Of a stretch of DNA of 64,000 nucleotides, positions 59,517 to 64,000 are shown piece by piece (position 1 is the first letter of the stretch; each line of letters opens with the position of its first letter). This DNA is from Vineibacter sp. GTDB taxonomy: Bacteria; Pseudomonadota; Alphaproteobacteria; Reyranellales; Reyranellaceae. The notes under the pieces are model-generated. The model was not told where the DNA came from. It saw only the letters and a program-made list of their open reading frames with translations, and did no database searches. The position numbers and the translations under genes were made by a program. The stretch covers positions 6,035 through 70,034 of the forward strand of contig DATFGV010000359.1 in assembly GCA_035249115.1 (NCBI GenBank), read 5' to 3'.

Positions 59517-60746
59517 CTACCCCGCTGCCGCCGCCGCACGCTTGCGCTGCAGCGACACGATACCCAGCCGCCGACCGATGCCTGTCAAAGTCTCGACCAT
59601 GTGCTCGATCTGGTCCCGCGAATGGGCGGCCGACAGCGAGCAACGCAGCAGGCAGAGGCCCCCCGGCGTCGCCGGCGGTACCGCGACATTGACGTAGATG
59701 CCGGTCTCCAGCAGGGCGCGCCAGACCTCCACTGTCGTGTCCTGGTCGGGCATCACAACCGCCACCACTGGGCCGTGCTCCGGCCCCAGCCGGAAGCCGG
59801 CGGCCGCCAGGCCATCGTACAGAGTCGCCACATTGTCCCACAGCCGCTTGCGCAGTTTCGCGCCATCGCGCCGCACGATTTTCAGGGCGGCGCGCACCGA
59901 AGCGACAATCGACGGCGGCAGCGAGGCGGTGAACATATAGGCGCGGGTGGCGATGCGCAGCACCTCGAAGCCTTCGTGATTGGACACGCAGAAGCCGCCA
60001 ATGGCGCCCAAGGTCTTGGAGAACGTGCCGACCACGAAGTCGACCTGATCCAGAACGCCCGCCTCTTCCACCAAACCGCGGCCGCCCTTGCCCAGTGCGC
60101 CCAGCGAGTGCGCCTCGTCGACCAGGATGTAGCCGCCGTGCCGCTTGGTTACCTCGACCAGCTGCTTCAGCGGCGCCGTGTCGCCCAGCATGGAGTAGAT
60201 ACCCTCGACGACGACCAGCTTGTTGCCGGGCTCGTCCTTCAGGCGGCGCAGGCGCGCCTCCAGGCTGGCGGGATCGTTGTGCTTGAAGCGGATCACGGTC
60301 GCCTGGGTTTGTTTGCAGGCGTCGTAGATCGAGGCGTGGCTGTCGGCGTCGATGACCAGGTAGTCGCCTTCACCGACCAACGCCGAGATGATGCCGAGGT
60401 TGGCCTGGTAACCGGTCGTGGTCACCATGCAGTGCCGCATGCCGTAGAAATCGGCTAGTTCGGCCTCCAGCGCGGCGTGCTCAGTGTACGTGCCATTGAG
60501 CATGCGCGAGCCGGTCGTGCCCGTGCCTTCTGCCCGGGTCGCCTCGATGGCGGCGGCGATGCACGCCGGGTCGAAAGTCAGGCCGAAATAGTTGTTGGTG
60601 CCGACCAGCAGCGTCTTGCGGCCGTTGATCATCGCCTCGGTCGGCGACAGCACCCGCTCCATGGTCACGGTGAGCGGGTCCTCGCCCGACGCCCGCATCG
60701 CCCGGTAAGCGTCGAGCAGCGGGCGGTGGCGATCGAAAATACCCAT
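59517..60746 (-). CDS. spt: Serine palmitoyltransferase (AOS family)
   Basis: GTNNYFG, GSR.LNGT, HAS, DEAHS, GTFSK, FTASLPP; flanked by acp, reductase and FAAL. Confidence 0.85.
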   Translation of the reverse strand: MGIFDRHRPLLDAYRAMRASGEDPLTVTMERVLSPTEAMINGRKTLLVGTNNYFGLTFDPACIAAAIEATRAEGTGTTGSRMLNGTYTEHAALEAELADFYGMRHCMVTTTGYQANLGIISALVGEGDYLVIDADSHASIYDACKQTQATVIRFKHNDPASLEARLRRLKDEPGNKLVVVEGIYSMLGDTAPLKQLVEVTKRHGGYILVDEAHSLGALGKGGRGLVEEAGVLDQVDFVVGTFSKTLGAIGGFCVSNHEGFEVLRIATRAYMFTASLPPSIVASVRAALKIVRRDGAKLRKRLWDNVATLYDGLAAAGFRLGPEHGPVVAVVMPDQDTTVEVWRALLETGIYVNVAVPPATPGGLCLLRCSLSAAHSRDQIEHMVETLTGIGRRLGIVSLQRKRAAAAAG

Positions 60747-60748
60747 GG

Positions 60749-61060
60749 TCAGCGACTCCCGACCTTGCGCAGGACGGCGTCGGTCAGCTCGTCGACGGTG
60801 TGGATCTCGGCCACGTCGTTGAGCGGTATGGAGATGTCGAAGCGGTCCTCGAGCTCCATGACCATGTCCATCACGGCCAGTGAGTCGATGTTCAGGTCCT
60901 TGGTAATCACCGTGCCGCCCTGGATCGGCTTGGCGTCGACACGGTAGGGCTCCAGCCGCTGCACGATCTCGGCGACCACCTCGTCGCGCGCTGGCGAATC
61001 GGGGTCGCTCGTCACCGTGTCGGTGAAATCATAGACCTTGAATTTGTGCGCAGCTCGCAT
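60749..61060 (-). CDS. Acyl carrier protein (sphingolipid-associated)
   Basis: DLNIDSLAVMD.VMELEDRFDISI; start uncertain. Confidence 0.85.
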   Translation of the reverse strand: MRAAHKFKVYDFTDTVTSDPDSPARDEVVAEIVQRLEPYRVDAKPIQGGTVITKDLNIDSLAVMDMVMELEDRFDISIPLNDVAEIHTVDELTDAVLRKVGSR

Positions 61061-61152
61061 GACCCCGGCGGCTTTCTCTCAAACGGCGCGCATTGGACAA
61101 AACCCCGGCGAATCAAGCCATTAACAATTTGTTACGCACTGTTACGGAGGCA

Positions 61153-62100
61153 CTACAGCCACTTGTGCCGGACATACCAATCGATTGTTTCTGTGAAGCC
61201 GCGCCGGATATCCAATCGAGGGGCAAAACCAAGTGCACCCGCAAGGCGGCGGTCACGAACGCGCCAGTCGGGGTGAAAGATCTCACGAACCTTGCCTGGA
61301 CTCAGGATTGCGGGCTGGCCGGTGAGCCGCGCTATCACCTGTTGCAGACCAGCAACACCGGTTAGCAACGGTCGAGGGAGCGGTACAGGTCGCGCCCGGC
61401 GACCGAGTCGCTCCGCTGCTACCGCCGCCATCTCCCGCAGGCTGTAGCCGCCGTCGGTACCGTCGTCGATCTCATAGATGCCATCTGCTGGTGGACGGCC
61501 CAGGGCGGTCGCTACCGCGCCGCACAGGTCGGCGACATGAATCAGCGATACCCGGCCGGGACGCCCGCCCGGCAGCGGCGCGATGCCGCGTTTTACCCAT
61601 CTGAAGAACGCCAGCGTCGCCCGGTCGCCCGGCCCATAGACGGCCGGCGCCCGGATGACGTGCCAGCCGCCGACCGGCGGCGCGGCCAGGAGGTGGTCCT
61701 CGCCAGCCCGCTTGCTGGCGGCATAGTCCGACAAATGCGGTTCGCGCGCCGCCAAGGACGACATCAGCAGCACGCGGGCCCGGGTGTCGGTTGCGGCCAG
61801 CGCTGCCAAGAGATCCGCCACAGGCTGGGCGTTCTGGCGGAAAAAGTCGGCGCGTCGAAGCGCCTTGATCGCGCCTGCCAGATGAATCACGGCGGTGGCG
61901 CCACTCACCAACCGGCGCAGGGTGGGCGGGTCGGTCACGTCGCCAAGTACCAGCTCGATCGAGCCGATCGCGGCGTCAGCAGGCAAGACCGGCAAGCGAC
62001 GCACCAGCAGTCGCAGACGCACGCCGCGCGCCGACAGGGTCGCGATCAGGTGCTGGCCGATGAAGCCCGTGGCGCCGCTGACCGCAACCAGGCCGCTCAT
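61153..62100 (-). CDS. cerR: NAD(P)-dependent epimerase/reductase, CerR-like ceramide reductase
   Basis: GATGFIG, SSLAA, YAASK, AVYGPGD; cluster context. Confidence 0.7.
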   Translation of the reverse strand: MSGLVAVSGATGFIGQHLIATLSARGVRLRLLVRRLPVLPADAAIGSIELVLGDVTDPPTLRRLVSGATAVIHLAGAIKALRRADFFRQNAQPVADLLAALAATDTRARVLLMSSLAAREPHLSDYAASKRAGEDHLLAAPPVGGWHVIRAPAVYGPGDRATLAFFRWVKRGIAPLPGGRPGRVSLIHVADLCGAVATALGRPPADGIYEIDDGTDGGYSLREMAAVAAERLGRRARPVPLPRPLLTGVAGLQQVIARLTGQPAILSPGKVREIFHPDWRVRDRRLAGALGFAPRLDIRRGFTETIDWYVRHKWL

Positions 62101-63857
62101 GATCCGCCGGTGGGAGCCGCAGCGGCGCCATTGGGCTTGCGACCGCCGTCGGCATAAAGCCCGGCCAACCAGTTGGCGCGGGCACGCGCGCGGCTGAGTT
62201 TGCCCGACGAGGTCATTGGCAACCCGACCGACGGCACGATCAGCTCGACCGTCGCATCGACGCCGGTGGTCTCCTTGACCATCTGCGCGACGGCGGCGCG
62301 CAGCCCCTCGCGCGCACCGGCGTCAACCGGCCAGGCCTGGACGACCACCACCACGCGCTCGGCGCCGTCGTCGTCAGGCAGCGAAAAGGCGCAGGCGTCA
62401 CCGCGGCGCAGCGGCGCGATGGTTTCGATTGCCCATTCGATGTCCTGCGGCCAGATGTTGCGGCCGTTGACGATGATCAGGTCCTTGGCGCGCCCGGTGA
62501 CGACGATTTCGCCATCGCGCCAGTAGCCGAGGTCGCCGGTATCCAGCCAGCCGTCCTTGAGCACGGCAGCGCTGGCCTCCGGCTCGCCGAAGTAGCCGGG
62601 CATGATGCTGGGGCCACGCGCGAATATGCGGCCGATCCGCCGCTCGCCCAAGACTTGACCGGCCTCGTCGCGGATCTCGACGGAATGGTCGGGCAGCGGC
62701 CGGCCACAAACCACGAACTCGCGCGTGTTCTCGCCGGACGCCGGCGCCGCGACATGATGGTCGACCAGTCGTGCGCGATCGACGGTGTCGGCGGCGAATC
62801 CTGCCCCTCCGCGGCTGAACGACAGGGCAACGCACACTTCGGCCATGCCGTAGCACGGCATGAAAGCGCGAGCGGCGAACCCGGTGGGCGCGAATGTCTC
62901 GATGAAGCGCCGCAATACCGGTGCCTGGATCATGTCGCCGCCGATACCGACGACCCGCAGGCTCGATAAATCAAGGCCGGCGACCGACTGGGTCAGCGCG
63001 CGGCGCGCCGTCAGGTCGTAGCCGAAGCTCGGACTGTAGGTGATGGTGCCGCGGCGTTGCGAAATCAGCGCCAGCCACTGCAACGGCCGGCGTGCGAACT
63101 CGCTGGACGGCATGACGTCGATGGCGCGCTGGCTGCACACGGCCGCCAGCAGGAACCCGACCAGGCCCATGTCGTGGTACCAGGGCAGCCAGCTCACCGG
63201 GTGATCCTCGGCCTTCAGGTCGATACCATGCTCGGACAGGGTGCCGTCGATGTTGGCCATCAACTGGTCCTGATGGATGTCGACCCCCACCGGAAAGCGT
63301 GTGCTGCCGGACGAGAACTGCAGGTAGCAGCGATCGCCACGGCCGAGCGGCCGCAGGTCAACCGGCTTTTCCGGCAAGGCCTCGAAAGCCGCCATCGGCC
63401 CGACCAATCGCACAGGCAGCCCTTCCGCCGCTATCGCCAGGTAGTTCGCCAACGGATCAATCGCCAGCGCCGCCACGGCGCCCGACGCTTCCAGCTGCCG
63501 GCGCAGCTGGGCGATGTAGGCATCGCGTGCACCAAGCCCGGCCGGCAGCGACACCGGCACCGGGAGGAGGCCGGCGTATTGTGCACCGAAGAAGGCTGTC
63601 AGGAACCCCGGCCACGTATCACCCGTCAGCAACAGCCGATCGCCGACCGCGAAGCCGGCGCCGATCAGGCGCCGGGCGAATGCTTGCGCCGCCGGCCGCA
63701 CCTCCGACCATGGTGCTACGGCGGTCAGACGCCCGCGGGCGTCGAAGAAGTTGACACCGGTGTCGCCTTGGGCGGCGTAGTCGAGCGCGCCGGCCAGGCA
63801 GGCGAAGCCGCCGCGCCGAAAGGGCAAAGCGGTGTTTCGCGTCGGCGTCGGGGTCAT
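62097..63857 (-). CDS. Fatty acyl-AMP ligase / acyl-ACP synthetase
   Basis: QFSSGST, SWLP.YHDMGL, YGMAE, TGDLG, GR.KD, TSSGK. Confidence 0.88.
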   Translation of the reverse strand: MTPTPTRNTALPFRRGGFACLAGALDYAAQGDTGVNFFDARGRLTAVAPWSEVRPAAQAFARRLIGAGFAVGDRLLLTGDTWPGFLTAFFGAQYAGLLPVPVSLPAGLGARDAYIAQLRRQLEASGAVAALAIDPLANYLAIAAEGLPVRLVGPMAAFEALPEKPVDLRPLGRGDRCYLQFSSGSTRFPVGVDIHQDQLMANIDGTLSEHGIDLKAEDHPVSWLPWYHDMGLVGFLLAAVCSQRAIDVMPSSEFARRPLQWLALISQRRGTITYSPSFGYDLTARRALTQSVAGLDLSSLRVVGIGGDMIQAPVLRRFIETFAPTGFAARAFMPCYGMAEVCVALSFSRGGAGFAADTVDRARLVDHHVAAPASGENTREFVVCGRPLPDHSVEIRDEAGQVLGERRIGRIFARGPSIMPGYFGEPEASAAVLKDGWLDTGDLGYWRDGEIVVTGRAKDLIIVNGRNIWPQDIEWAIETIAPLRRGDACAFSLPDDDGAERVVVVVQAWPVDAGAREGLRAAVAQMVKETTGVDATVELIVPSVGLPMTSSGKLSRARARANWLAGLYADGGRKPNGAAAAPTGGS

Positions 63858-64000
63858 CTGGCGTGTCGGTCGGGTGGCGGGGGATTCGGCAGTCGCCGCA
63901 GGGTGGCGCTCGGCTGGCCGAAGGCGGCGGTCGTGTAGCAAAAGACGCCTGGCATCACAAGCCGGTGGTGGCGGCAGAACACCAGTGCCTCGTGTCGAAT

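Noticed and set aside
59517-60746. Spt called as BioF or Kbl
   Set aside because: No bio or tdh genes nearby; the ACP, FAAL, reductase and bCerS-like context favours Spt

Overview
High-GC chromosomal window that looks alphaproteobacterial (inferred from gene content and repeat types). No integrase, transposase or CRISPR array is visible. In order it holds: a partial Bug/TctC SBP, tRNA-Gln(TTG), a peptide-type ABC transporter with a decayed Phd/VapC module between its convergent halves, a CHAD + COG0523 pair behind a Pho-box-like site, a ugpQ-ugpBAEC-EEP-glpD-glpK operon, an ECF sigma/anti-sigma pair, and an ornithine decarboxylase + homospermidine synthase operon whose long structured leader carries two uORFs. 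The main feature is a sphingolipid (ceramide) biosynthesis and export cluster at about 38-49 kb and 59.5-64 kb, with one outlier at 31.9 kb. It encodes Spt, ACP, CerR-like, FAAL, bCerS-like, a hydroxylase/desaturase, LptF/LptG paralogs, two CDP-alcohol phosphotransferases and three nucleotidyltransferases, but no ceramide kinase is seen. A 10 kb block splits the cluster and carries an SLC5-histidine kinase, a receiver, an MFS transporter, an unannotated 29-aa membrane peptide, a metallophosphoesterase and a Ser/Thr kinase-USP fusion. All calls come from reading motifs by eye; no database searches were run.
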